A stretch of DNA of 64,000 nt, from the NCBI GenBank assembly GCA_005888745.1, contig VBBS01000027.1:55045-119044 (forward strand), given 5' to 3'. Under the pieces are notes generated by a model that saw only the letters and a list, made by a program, of their open reading frames with translations, had not been told where the DNA came from and did no database searches. The number at the start of each line of letters is the position of its first letter. Positions within the stretch are counted from its first letter, which is position 1. The DNA is from Candidatus Bathyarchaeota archaeon. GTDB taxonomy: Archaea > Thermoproteota > Bathyarchaeia > 40CM-2-53-6. This document shows positions 1 to 8,232 of the stretch, one piece after another. The position numbers and the translations under genes were made by a program.

Positions 1-147
1 ATCGTCCAAGATAATGCACGGATACGGTATCTCCCTTCTGTGCTTTCAGATCCGTCGAGTTCAACTCGAATCTTGAGCCTGAACCGTTAGGCCTCGTAAA
101 TAGCTAACGGTGGTGCCGTAGTCAAGAAGGGCGCATCTTAATACGCG

Positions 148-453
148 ATGGGCATGTCTAGTTACCTCATGATGGCTGAGAGACAGAAGTACAAAGCAAG
201 GTTCACGAGCAAACTTCCCAACGGAGACTTTCTCGGCCTGACGGTATGGCCGGGAAAGAGCGACCCTAACGCTGAGGTGTTGACCATCCAGATTCGACGT
301 CAAGGAAGTGCCGGCTGGGAAACTGTTCATCGAATAGCAATCTATCGGACCTCCGATGGCAGATACTCTCTCCTGCCGGAGCGGACTCCAGCTTCGCAAC
401 CTGCGAAGGCCGAGCCGGTCGGCGCCGACGAATCGAGCGAGTCGTTCGAATAA
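148..453 (+). CDS. hypothetical small protein
   Basis: 101-aa ORF with ATG start and no recognisable motif. Its 3' end overlaps the probably non-coding 5' extension of the next ORF. Confidence 0.35.
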   Translation: MGMSSYLMMAERQKYKARFTSKLPNGDFLGLTVWPGKSDPNAEVLTIQIRRQGSAGWETVHRIAIYRTSDGRYSLLPERTPASQPAKAEPVGADESSESFE

Positions 454-520
454 AAGGTCCCGAGAACCCTTCAGGGTTATAACGCAGGGTCAGATAACCG
501 TTGGCACGTCGGGAAGCACA

Positions 521-922
521 TTGGCTACAAGCGAGGTTATTCTAGAGGAAACGCCTTACCTCAACCTAACTACTAAGGGTCGACGGACCAGCTTGTCTCG
601 CACCGTCGAACTCTGGTTCGCTTTCGAAGATGGAAAGCTGTACTTCTTAGCTCATGAAAATTCTGATTGGTGGAAAAACGTGAAGAAGACCCCCAGGGTG
701 GAGATTGAAGTTGGGGAGATACTTTTCGAGGGAAGCGGAAGTCTTGCTCAGGAGAAGCTCGACTATGTATTCGACCTCTTTCGACGGAAATATGGTGACG
801 ATCAAGTAAACAGATGGTATGGCGGCCAACGGTCCAACCGTAGAGTTGTCTCAGTGGACCTTGGAAGAGTCCTGGGCAAACGACCATCTGAGAAGATGCG
901 GCCTATTGAACTGGCAGCGTGA
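521..922 (+). CDS. PPOX/DUF385-like split-barrel (F420/FMN-dependent reductase-like) protein
   Basis: The ORF track calls 356..922, but its first ~55 codons are Arg/Ser-rich junk. The conserved part (ELWFAFEDGKLYFLAHENSDWWKNV...) begins near 500. Possible starts are TTG 521 or ACG 506, and there is no internal ATG. Confidence 0.5.
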   Translation: MATSEVILEETPYLNLTTKGRRTSLSRTVELWFAFEDGKLYFLAHENSDWWKNVKKTPRVEIEVGEILFEGSGSLAQEKLDYVFDLFRRKYGDDQVNRWYGGQRSNRRVVSVDLGRVLGKRPSEKMRPIELAA

Positions 923-1001
923 AAATCCTAGAGAACGAAGCCTCAACAGCTGACCCGATAGTCATATAGCAGGTTCACTCTAGAGAGCTGCTGGATTTAC
1001 G

Positions 1002-1265
1002 ATGGCTTACGGTTTAGCCGAAGGTTTCAGAAAGACCGCAATAAGGCTCGGTGGCAAAAAGAAGAACCGCGCGGTTATTGTTGCGACTTTTGGAAACCAT
1101 TTCACCTTGAACGATGCCCTAGAAAAGTTTCGCGCGGAAGGTTTGCGCTTCGAGACGGAGAAGGGCCATATTGTCAAGATTTTCCTGGACAAGAACACAG
1201 AAGAGAGAGCTGAGAAAGTGCGCAAGATCATACGCGAAGGTTTCGGCTACGTAGAACCTCTTTAG
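1002..1265 (+). CDS. hypothetical small basic protein
   Basis: 87-aa ORF with ATG start and balanced composition. No antisense overlap. Confidence 0.45.
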   Translation: MAYGLAEGFRKTAIRLGGKKKNRAVIVATFGNHFTLNDALEKFRAEGLRFETEKGHIVKIFLDKNTEERAEKVRKIIREGFGYVEPL

Positions 1266-1398
1266 CCCACCGCAATCTTCCACATCGTCACATCCATATT
1301 TTTGTTGAAGAAAGGAACCGGCAACAACGTGCTTAGACGTGACCGTCTACAAAACTTCAGCCTGAATATGTCTGGCTTGCCCAAGTTAGGGTTTTATC

Positions 1399-1614
1399 AT
1401 GGCCCGACCAGATGCGTTTCGCACCTCCATGTCTCTTCCCAAGCCCGGTGACAACGTCAAGGTGACATTGATGAGCGGCGAAACAATCGAGGGTATTGTA
1501 GAATGGATCGATGGAGCGGGCGCATGGGTCAAAGGTACCCAGAAGAGCCGATGGGTGCCCCTAGAAGCATTCCAACCGCAAACGCAGCAAGCAGATCCAA
1601 AAGACGATGAGTAA
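1399..1614 (+). CDS. hypothetical small protein
   Basis: 71-aa ORF with ATG start. Confidence 0.4.
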   Translation: MARPDAFRTSMSLPKPGDNVKVTLMSGETIEGIVEWIDGAGAWVKGTQKSRWVPLEAFQPQTQQADPKDDE

Positions 1615-1650
1615 CTAGTCCTGTGAAACTGTGTCCATGTGAGGACGAGG

Positions 1651-2997
1651 CTATTTTACGAAAACGAGCCCTTTCCCGGAGTCTATCTCGAAAGTCTCCG
1701 TGTCAAGCTTTGACGCGGACCCGTTCAGCTTCCGGACCTTCAATTCTCGCCCGTTCGGATCAGAATCGTCCTTGTCCAGATCGATAACGCACGAAGCCGT
1801 ATCCTCCAACCACTTCAACACATCCTTAGGAGCTTTCGAGAGATCCACCGTCAGGACCAGTGTCACACTCGAATCTCGCAGCTTGTCCAGCATCTCGCTC
1901 AATCGCTTGACAAGATCCTTGGGCGCAACCTTCGCAACAACCGGATCGATGGAGTCGAACAGAATCTTGGTCTTCTCGCCGATAAACATGGAACTATTCT
2001 TGACGAGGGCGTCCTGTATCGAATCGAAGTCAAACGCCTTCTCAACATAGTAAGGCTCAAAACTGAACGAGTCGGACTGCGACGAGAACCCGTCCACCAG
2101 TAAGAACCTGTATTGAGACTCGGCCTCCGAAGGATCCGCGCCCATCTTCTTCATCTGCTCCCTGAGCGCCGCCGGCGCCTTATCGTAAGTAACGAACATG
2201 CAAGGGTTTCCATGCTTCAGAAAACTGCTCGCGAGTCCGGAGCACAAAGTCGTTTTCCCAGAGCCTGGACTGCCATTCACAACCACGAGACCGGAAGATT
2301 CGAGGTTTCCTTGGGTAAGCTCGAAGATGTGGTCGAAACTCTGAGAGACCCTTGGAGCGCTGGGACGTTTCTGAGCCTCTTCTCGAGTCGGTTTCTCCGG
2401 CTTGTCGGCAGAGGGTGGGTAGAATTTCGGTTGGACAGTTTCCTTTGTAGGTTGCTCCACAGATTCGGGAGTTTTCATGGAGCGGACTGGAGTCGCTGGC
2501 TGTGGAGGTGCAACACTTGGCTTGTCTGGCTCAGGACCTTTCTTTCCGCCTGGAATGATCGTCATCGGCCTGCTTGTGGGGGTTGCTCTGGGTGGCACCC
2601 ATTCTGGACTGCTCTGCAGCGCGAACCCTCTCGGCTGCTCCCCGCCAAACGAGTTCGCATCGGGTGGCAAATCTTTGAGCAGAGATTGAAGCAGTCTACT
2701 GAGAGAACTATCCTCGTCTGCCTGGGTAGGAGCGGGGGAGCTTCTCGGAGGCTGATAGAAACTGGTGCTCATGGGTTGAGGGCTGGGAGGAGTAGGTGAG
2801 CTTGATGAAATAGGAGGAGCTTGGACCGGAGTCGACGTGACAGGAGGGGTAGGTGCCGACGTTGATACTGATGTGGACGCATCTTCCGTTCCCTGGCCTT
2901 CTTTCTCGTCTTTCTTCTTGCGTCCGAACATGGTGAGTATTCCTATAACAGTGAAAAGGGTCCAGATGGGATCCAGACTTGCAAGTTGGACTAGCAT
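1651..2997 (-). CDS. membrane-anchored KaiC/RecA-superfamily ATPase
   Basis: N-terminal hydrophobic helix (LFTVIGILTMFG), followed by a ~250-aa P/S/T-rich low-complexity linker. The C-terminal domain carries Walker A (VVNGSPGSGKTT) and KaiC/RadA-like architecture. Confidence 0.75.
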   Translation of the reverse strand: MLVQLASLDPIWTLFTVIGILTMFGRKKKDEKEGQGTEDASTSVSTSAPTPPVTSTPVQAPPISSSSPTPPSPQPMSTSFYQPPRSSPAPTQADEDSSLSRLLQSLLKDLPPDANSFGGEQPRGFALQSSPEWVPPRATPTSRPMTIIPGGKKGPEPDKPSVAPPQPATPVRSMKTPESVEQPTKETVQPKFYPPSADKPEKPTREEAQKRPSAPRVSQSFDHIFELTQGNLESSGLVVVNGSPGSGKTTLCSGLASSFLKHGNPCMFVTYDKAPAALREQMKKMGADPSEAESQYRFLLVDGFSSQSDSFSFEPYYVEKAFDFDSIQDALVKNSSMFIGEKTKILFDSIDPVVAKVAPKDLVKRLSEMLDKLRDSSVTLVLTVDLSKAPKDVLKWLEDTASCVIDLDKDDSDPNGRELKVRKLNGSASKLDTETFEIDSGKGLVFVK

Positions 2998-3178
2998 TCG
3001 TTCAACCCATACCTAGTGATCATTCACTCTCATCCAAGGATTCTTGTCTCTCAGGAAGTATCTCGAACAGGAGAACACAGCATGAGTTGTTCTTGGATAG
3101 GAGTGATGTTACCTTAGTGAATGGTCATCGGAAACAGCCTAGATACCACACGCACTCCAATATTATTCATCACTAGAA

Positions 3179-3751
3179 CTATCTCTTTGTCTTCAGAATA
3201 TCCGACTTTGTCAGAATGCCGACAAGGTTCTCACCCTTCGAAACGAGGACGCCGTAGTTGCTCTGCAAAAGTCCTAGAACCAGATCGAGTGGAGTATCGC
3301 TGTTGACCACTGGTAATGGCGAATCCATGATCTCGCGAACCTTGAGGCCCAGGACAGATTCTAAGGACTCACCCCGAGCAGCCCGATCAAGAATCGTTTT
3401 CTCCGAAATGCTTCCGACACATCTTCCGCTTTCGAAAACAGGAAGCTGCGAATAGCCCCTACGTCGCATCAAGTCAACAGCATCCCGTACAAGCTGTGTT
3501 CTGGCCACGGAAACGACGGGACGACTAATGAGCTCATCCACCCGACGCGCGGGGCTCTCGACCCCCGCCCTTTCCAAGGCGCCGAACAGTCTCTGAACGA
3601 TAGAATAAGATGGGTCCACGGAACCGGCTTCTATCTTTGCTATAATCGACTGACTTACTCCAGCGGATACAGCGAGTCTCGACTGTGTTAGTCCCAGCTC
3701 TTTCCTCTTCTTCGGAATCTCCCCCAACGACGGTAGCATGCCCCCGAACAT
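3179..3751 (-). CDS. HTH (XRE-type) plus CBS-pair domain regulator
   Basis: N-terminal ELGLTQSRLAVSAGVSQSIIAKIE helix-turn-helix. The C-terminal region has the typical CBS pair pattern (ISRPVVSV... VGILTKSDIL). Confidence 0.8.
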   Translation of the reverse strand: MFGGMLPSLGEIPKKRKELGLTQSRLAVSAGVSQSIIAKIEAGSVDPSYSIVQRLFGALERAGVESPARRVDELISRPVVSVARTQLVRDAVDLMRRRGYSQLPVFESGRCVGSISEKTILDRAARGESLESVLGLKVREIMDSPLPVVNSDTPLDLVLGLLQSNYGVLVSKGENLVGILTKSDILKTKR

Positions 3752-3857
3752 GTTGGACCGTGCTCTTATTCCTATCGGAATACATTAGGGCTATTCCTAA
3801 CGGAATATGAGTACGATAGAACTTATATAATTAGAATAACGAAACGGCAACGAAAAC

Positions 3858-4841
3858 ATGTCTCCGGAAATCCAGCTTGCGGGAATTCACCCGCGGTCAG
3901 AGAGGCTAATTGAACTCACCCGGTCGTATGAGCGGGCAAAAGCTAGCTGGAGCCAAGTAGAAGTCCAACTTGGGCAGGAGACAAGGGAAGTCATCAAGCT
4001 TCAGGAGAGCCTCGGCTTCAAGCACTTTTCCGACGGTTCCTTAGACTGGCAGGACCAACTTAGACCTGTCACGCGATCTCTGAAAGGAGTGGAGTCTGGA
4101 ACCCGATACTCAAGATGGTTTGACACTAATACATTCTACCAAAAACCCATCATCGTAGGCAAGATTTCCGCCGGCGACATCGACCCCAAGAACTTTCTTC
4201 GAGCCGAACTCTTGACAGAGAAAAGGGGTCGAAAAGTCACTCTCCCCGGACCGTACACATTCTCTCAACTGTCAGAAAACAAGCACTACAAGAATTATGC
4301 TGATTTGCTCTTCGACATTGCAATTGCCGAGCTCGAGATTATTCGGAGGCTCAAGAACGAGGGCGTTACCCTCTTCCAACTATCGGAGCCCTGTTTAGTC
4401 TATCAACCCTACAGGGAGAGCTTCAGGGACCATTCAGAAGTTGAGCAAGCCCTTGGAGCAATCCGTTCCCTAGTAAGAGAGAAGCCAGGAGACTTTCTGG
4501 TCCAGACCTATTTCGGCGACGCTGCCCCCTTACTCCCTGACCTTTTAGATCTGCCGGTCTTCGGTGTTGGAATTGACCTGTTCGAAACTGACGTTTCGTC
4601 GCTCAGCGAACAGGAAAAGACTTCGAAGGCACTCGTGTTGGGAGTTGTCGACTCACGTGAATCCTTCGTTGAAAATCCGAATTGGATCGCTGCCACGGCG
4701 AGGAAATTCTCCGAGAAAGTAGATGCCCGCGACCTGGTTTTTGCTTCCAATTCAGACCTGAAATTTGTGCCTCAAGGGATCGCGAACCAAAAGTTGGAGG
4801 CGCTGTCTAAGGCATCGGAACTGTTCGAGGAGAGCCGATAG
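3858..4841 (+). CDS. cobalamin-independent methionine synthase (MetE)-like protein, N-terminal-domain-like half
   Basis: UROD/MetE-like fold with a degenerate FQLSEPCL (IQIDEP-like) motif. Its stop codon directly abuts the ATG of the catalytic MetE half (TAGATG). Confidence 0.7.
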   Translation: MSPEIQLAGIHPRSERLIELTRSYERAKASWSQVEVQLGQETREVIKLQESLGFKHFSDGSLDWQDQLRPVTRSLKGVESGTRYSRWFDTNTFYQKPIIVGKISAGDIDPKNFLRAELLTEKRGRKVTLPGPYTFSQLSENKHYKNYADLLFDIAIAELEIIRRLKNEGVTLFQLSEPCLVYQPYRESFRDHSEVEQALGAIRSLVREKPGDFLVQTYFGDAAPLLPDLLDLPVFGVGIDLFETDVSSLSEQEKTSKALVLGVVDSRESFVENPNWIAATARKFSEKVDARDLVFASNSDLKFVPQGIANQKLEALSKASELFEESR

Positions 4842-6047
4842 ATGCCGAAGCTCTTCCCCGTTCAAGAGATAGGGAGTCTCGCAAAGCCCAAGTGGAGAAC
4901 GAAGGGGTTGCGACAACAACTCTCTTCGCAGGACCTCTCCGAGGCTGAAGAATGGGCTACGAAGCTGGGAATTCAGGACTTCCATGACCGAGCAAAGAGC
5001 ATTTTCAAGACCGGTGACGACAAGATGCGGGTCAAAGCGATTCTTGAACTCTCCACCTTGTATGGGCTGCGCCTCTTCGAAATCGCGGGTGTAGACAACG
5101 AAGGTGTCGGGGGAGAACAGCAACGAGTCGAAATGTACGAGCACGTAATCAAGGCCGTACAGGGAATGAACCTCCTCGGCCACGTCCACTCCTTTGACAA
5201 CAAGTACTTCAACAAGGGAGTTGCAGAGTCGAAGATCTCTAGAAAACATCCTATCTACGTGCCTGAATTTCTTGATGTCAAGAAATACGCCCACCGGGAC
5301 GTGAAGGTGCCGATTACCGGACCGTACACACTAGTAGACTGGTCCTTTAGCGGGTACTACATCCAGAAGCAACACGCCTCCTCTCCCAAGACACGGAGGA
5401 TCGAGGCAAAGCGCGAATTCCTCCTCGATATCGTAGAGCAAGTCATACGACCCGAGATCCGAGACCTAGTTGATGCGGGAGCCTCTTGGATACAGATAGA
5501 TGAGCCGGCGGTGACTACTCATCCAGAACCTCAGGAAATGGAGCTTTTCGTTGAGGCGTGGAATGAAACGGTCAAAGGGTTCAACTGCAAATTCAGTGAC
5601 CACACGTGCTACCCATCCGAGATAGGATACAAAGTGCTCTCGGAATACGCGCCGAAGCTAGACAAGTGCGACCAGCTCGCGTTGGAGTTCGCCAACCGAG
5701 ACACTTCGCGTCTTGGAGTCGACAAGGACTCGCGGGAAGGCTACGGCGACCTCAAACATTTCGTCGATGCTGGTTTCAGCGGAGAATTCGGGCTCGGTGT
5801 CGCCCACGTACACGATTTCACAGGAAACGTGTCCTCCGGTGCAGGAAAATCCGTGGGACGAGACTTTATCGAGTCTCCGGAGCTAGTGCGGGACCGTCTT
5901 CTGTTCGCTACCAGGATTGTAGGGGATCCGGCGAAAATCTGGGCGAACCCAGACTGTGGACTTCGGACCAGAACTTGGGATGTGGCCTTCGCGAAGCTCG
6001 CAAACGTCACGCATGGAGCCGAACTGGCAAGGGAGACATACCAGTGA
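4842..6047 (+). CDS. metE: cobalamin-independent methionine synthase, catalytic (C-terminal-type) subunit
   Basis: IQIDEPA motif, His/Cys zinc-ligand motifs (SDHTCYPS, NPDCGLRTR). Confidence 0.85.
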   Translation: MPKLFPVQEIGSLAKPKWRTKGLRQQLSSQDLSEAEEWATKLGIQDFHDRAKSIFKTGDDKMRVKAILELSTLYGLRLFEIAGVDNEGVGGEQQRVEMYEHVIKAVQGMNLLGHVHSFDNKYFNKGVAESKISRKHPIYVPEFLDVKKYAHRDVKVPITGPYTLVDWSFSGYYIQKQHASSPKTRRIEAKREFLLDIVEQVIRPEIRDLVDAGASWIQIDEPAVTTHPEPQEMELFVEAWNETVKGFNCKFSDHTCYPSEIGYKVLSEYAPKLDKCDQLALEFANRDTSRLGVDKDSREGYGDLKHFVDAGFSGEFGLGVAHVHDFTGNVSSGAGKSVGRDFIESPELVRDRLLFATRIVGDPAKIWANPDCGLRTRTWDVAFAKLANVTHGAELARETYQ

Positions 6048-6949
6048 GACTAGGTGATCGGGCGAGGCGTCATAACCTCGTTACGGTTGAACTTATTCCG
6101 GACAGAGTGGTTACTAGCGATTTGGCTCTCCTTAGGGGAAGAGTTGACGCTATCACCGTTCCGGCCTTGCGGAATGGCCATAATGACCCAAGTTATCCAA
6201 AGTCTTTCGCGATAACGCCCCAACGCCGAAGTCTTGCTTCCGCATCTATCATCAATAAGGCTGGGATAACCGCTGTTCCCTCGCTAACATGTCGTGATTG
6301 CAGCAGGCTGGACTTGTCAACTGTCTCGAACCAAGTGGAACAAGGGCTTGAGAACGTACTGATAGTCTACGGGGACCCTTATCCAGAGCCTCGTCCCGGG
6401 ACCTATGAGTTCACCAAAACGAACGAGCTAATTCGGGAGGTCTCCTCCCTAAACGACGGAAACGACCCATGCATTGGGGCAGTGACAAACCAACACGCTG
6501 ACAACAGGGAAGGCGAAATCTCCCGAACGATATCACGAGTAGACGCGGGCGCGGACTTTATTGTCACAAACGTCGCCTTCGACTCGGAGAGTGTACTTGA
6601 CCACAGGGATTCCCTACTGGAAGCAGGGTTAGACGTGCCACTCTTCATTCAAGTCTCTATTCCGCTCAACCTAGACAATGTGTTGTTTGTGAGCCAGAAA
6701 TTCGACATACCCGTCCCGGCTCAGGTCAGGAGAAAACTTCTGGAGGATCCGACTGGAGGAAGTCTCGCTGTTGCCGCTGATGCCTACGAGGCCCTACGTG
6801 GAGAAGCGAATGGTATTCACTTCTCATACCTGTTCCGACAACGAAATCCGATTCCCACTTATCGCCATCTGCTGGAGATAATTGGGATAGCAGGCCCGAC
6901 ACTGGCTCCGCTAGCCACGTCTCCTGTGAAAACATATCCCGTTGTCTAG
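6044..6949 (+). CDS. metF: 5,10-methylenetetrahydrofolate reductase
   Basis: MTHFR-like N-terminus (LVTVELIPDRV) begins at GTG 6044, which overlaps the metE stop (GTGA). The longer ORF from 5606 runs out of frame through metE and is rejected. Confidence 0.7.
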   Translation: MRLGDRARRHNLVTVELIPDRVVTSDLALLRGRVDAITVPALRNGHNDPSYPKSFAITPQRRSLASASIINKAGITAVPSLTCRDCSRLDLSTVSNQVEQGLENVLIVYGDPYPEPRPGTYEFTKTNELIREVSSLNDGNDPCIGAVTNQHADNREGEISRTISRVDAGADFIVTNVAFDSESVLDHRDSLLEAGLDVPLFIQVSIPLNLDNVLFVSQKFDIPVPAQVRRKLLEDPTGGSLAVAADAYEALRGEANGIHFSYLFRQRNPIPTYRHLLEIIGIAGPTLAPLATSPVKTYPVV

Positions 6950-6983
6950 AGTTCTTCGAACGATCAGTGCAAGAATCAGAGTG

Positions 6984-7469
6984 TTAACTGTCTTGCTTGG
7001 CTGTCTCGACCGGTAGTGGAGCGTCTTCCCCAAGCTGGAGTACTTTCTTCAGTTCTTTTTTCATGAGTGATGGGTCATGGTTGAGATTGAAGTAGTCTGC
7101 GAACGTTGTAGTCGTCCTTAGCATTCTGGTTCTTCCGATCCTCTCGTCATTAATCAGGTCCATGTCCTTCAGCTGTTTCACATGGCCGTAGGCCAGTTTA
7201 CCGCGAACCCGTACCACGTAGGACTGGGTGACAGGCTGCTTCAGAGCTATGAATGATAACGTCCGAAGGGGTCCTGGTGTTAGAAGCGGTCTGTTCGCCA
7301 GTTTTCGAACGTGCTTAGCGAATTCTGCCTTTAGCTGCATGACAAAGCGTCCGTCGGGAAGTTCCACGACTTGAATCGGACTACTGGCGGTTTTGTAACG
7401 TTCAGAAACCGCCGTTGCGATTCCGCGTATCTTGTCCTCTGATCTAGCGCCTACGACAGACCCGATCAT
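6984..7469 (-). CDS. scpB: segregation and condensation protein B
   Basis: ScpB-like winged-helix sequence. Located downstream of scpA and smc on the same strand. Confidence 0.8.
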   Translation of the reverse strand: MIGSVVGARSEDKIRGIATAVSERYKTASSPIQVVELPDGRFVMQLKAEFAKHVRKLANRPLLTPGPLRTLSFIALKQPVTQSYVVRVRGKLAYGHVKQLKDMDLINDERIGRTRMLRTTTTFADYFNLNHDPSLMKKELKKVLQLGEDAPLPVETAKQDS

Positions 7470-7554
7470 CTTCAGGTCTAGTGGTCTTCCGGATACGTAC
7501 AGTGCAGCCTCGCAGAGCTGCTGCTGTAGGTCAGCAGTTTTCTGCTGAGCTGTG

Positions 7555-8232
7555 TTAGTCGAAACTTGTGTTTCCGTCGTCTCTCAGCTCGATTTCGATA
7601 TCACCGAACTCTAAAGGCTGGGCGAGGCCCACTCTTCCTTCTACTGCCAAGAATAGCAGCATGATGAACATTCTGACCGCTTCGAGAGGGTCTCCCTTTC
7701 CAAGGAGGGTTAGGAAGGACAATTTTGTTCGCGCGGATCCAGCTTTTGCTACTAGTCTCTGGAGAAACGCTTTGATATTCTCTTCAATCTTGACGAGGAA
7801 ATCGTCGACTTGTTCAAACACCTCGGGCGTCCTGAGAACCATCTGTGCGTTTGCCGGGAGCATTCTCTCCGCCGTCAACACCTCCAGTAATCCTTTGATG
7901 ACTTCCTCAACAGATGTGGTTGTCGACTCGTAGCGTAAGGGAAAGGATAGGGGAGGGGGAACGAAGTCTGTCGGCCTCTCGAGGGGGGGCTTCGGCGGTT
8001 CCTCCATCTTGAGGATTAGTTCTGATTTCATGCGCAGAAGGATTGCTGAAGAGAGAAGGGCTGTCCCAGAAACGGAGAAGTCGATGAACCCTCGACCCCT
8101 CATCTCATGAAGAAGCTCCTCCAGTATGTTTGCGAGGTTTACGTCCCACGGTTTGACGCGGTGAAGATGGATGAGGTCGAAGAGAACGGCATATGGTGCC
8201 TTCAGCCAGTACGCCTCTTCGTGAAGCGTCAA
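7555..8232 (-). CDS. scpA: segregation and condensation protein A (kleisin)
   Basis: ScpA-like N-terminus (LIHLHRVKPWDVNLANILEELL). Its start overlaps the smc stop by 4 nt. Confidence 0.8.
   Translation of the reverse strand: MTLHEEAYWLKAPYAVLFDLIHLHRVKPWDVNLANILEELLHEMRGRGFIDFSVSGTALLSSAILLRMKSELILKMEEPPKPPLERPTDFVPPPLSFPLRYESTTTSVEEVIKGLLEVLTAERMLPANAQMVLRTPEVFEQVDDFLVKIEENIKAFLQRLVAKAGSARTKLSFLTLLGKGDPLEAVRMFIMLLFLAVEGRVGLAQPLEFGDIEIELRDDGNTSFD

Noticed and set aside
3534-3785. 83-aa minus-strand ORF extending past the CBS-regulator start
   Set aside because: Alternative frame overlapping the HTH-CBS gene, with a Gly/Arg-rich product.
5606-6043. N-terminal 146 codons of the 447-aa ORF 5606..6949
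   Set aside because: This stretch overlaps the conserved metE catalytic gene in another frame and is Arg-rich junk. The MTHFR homology starts at GTG 6044.
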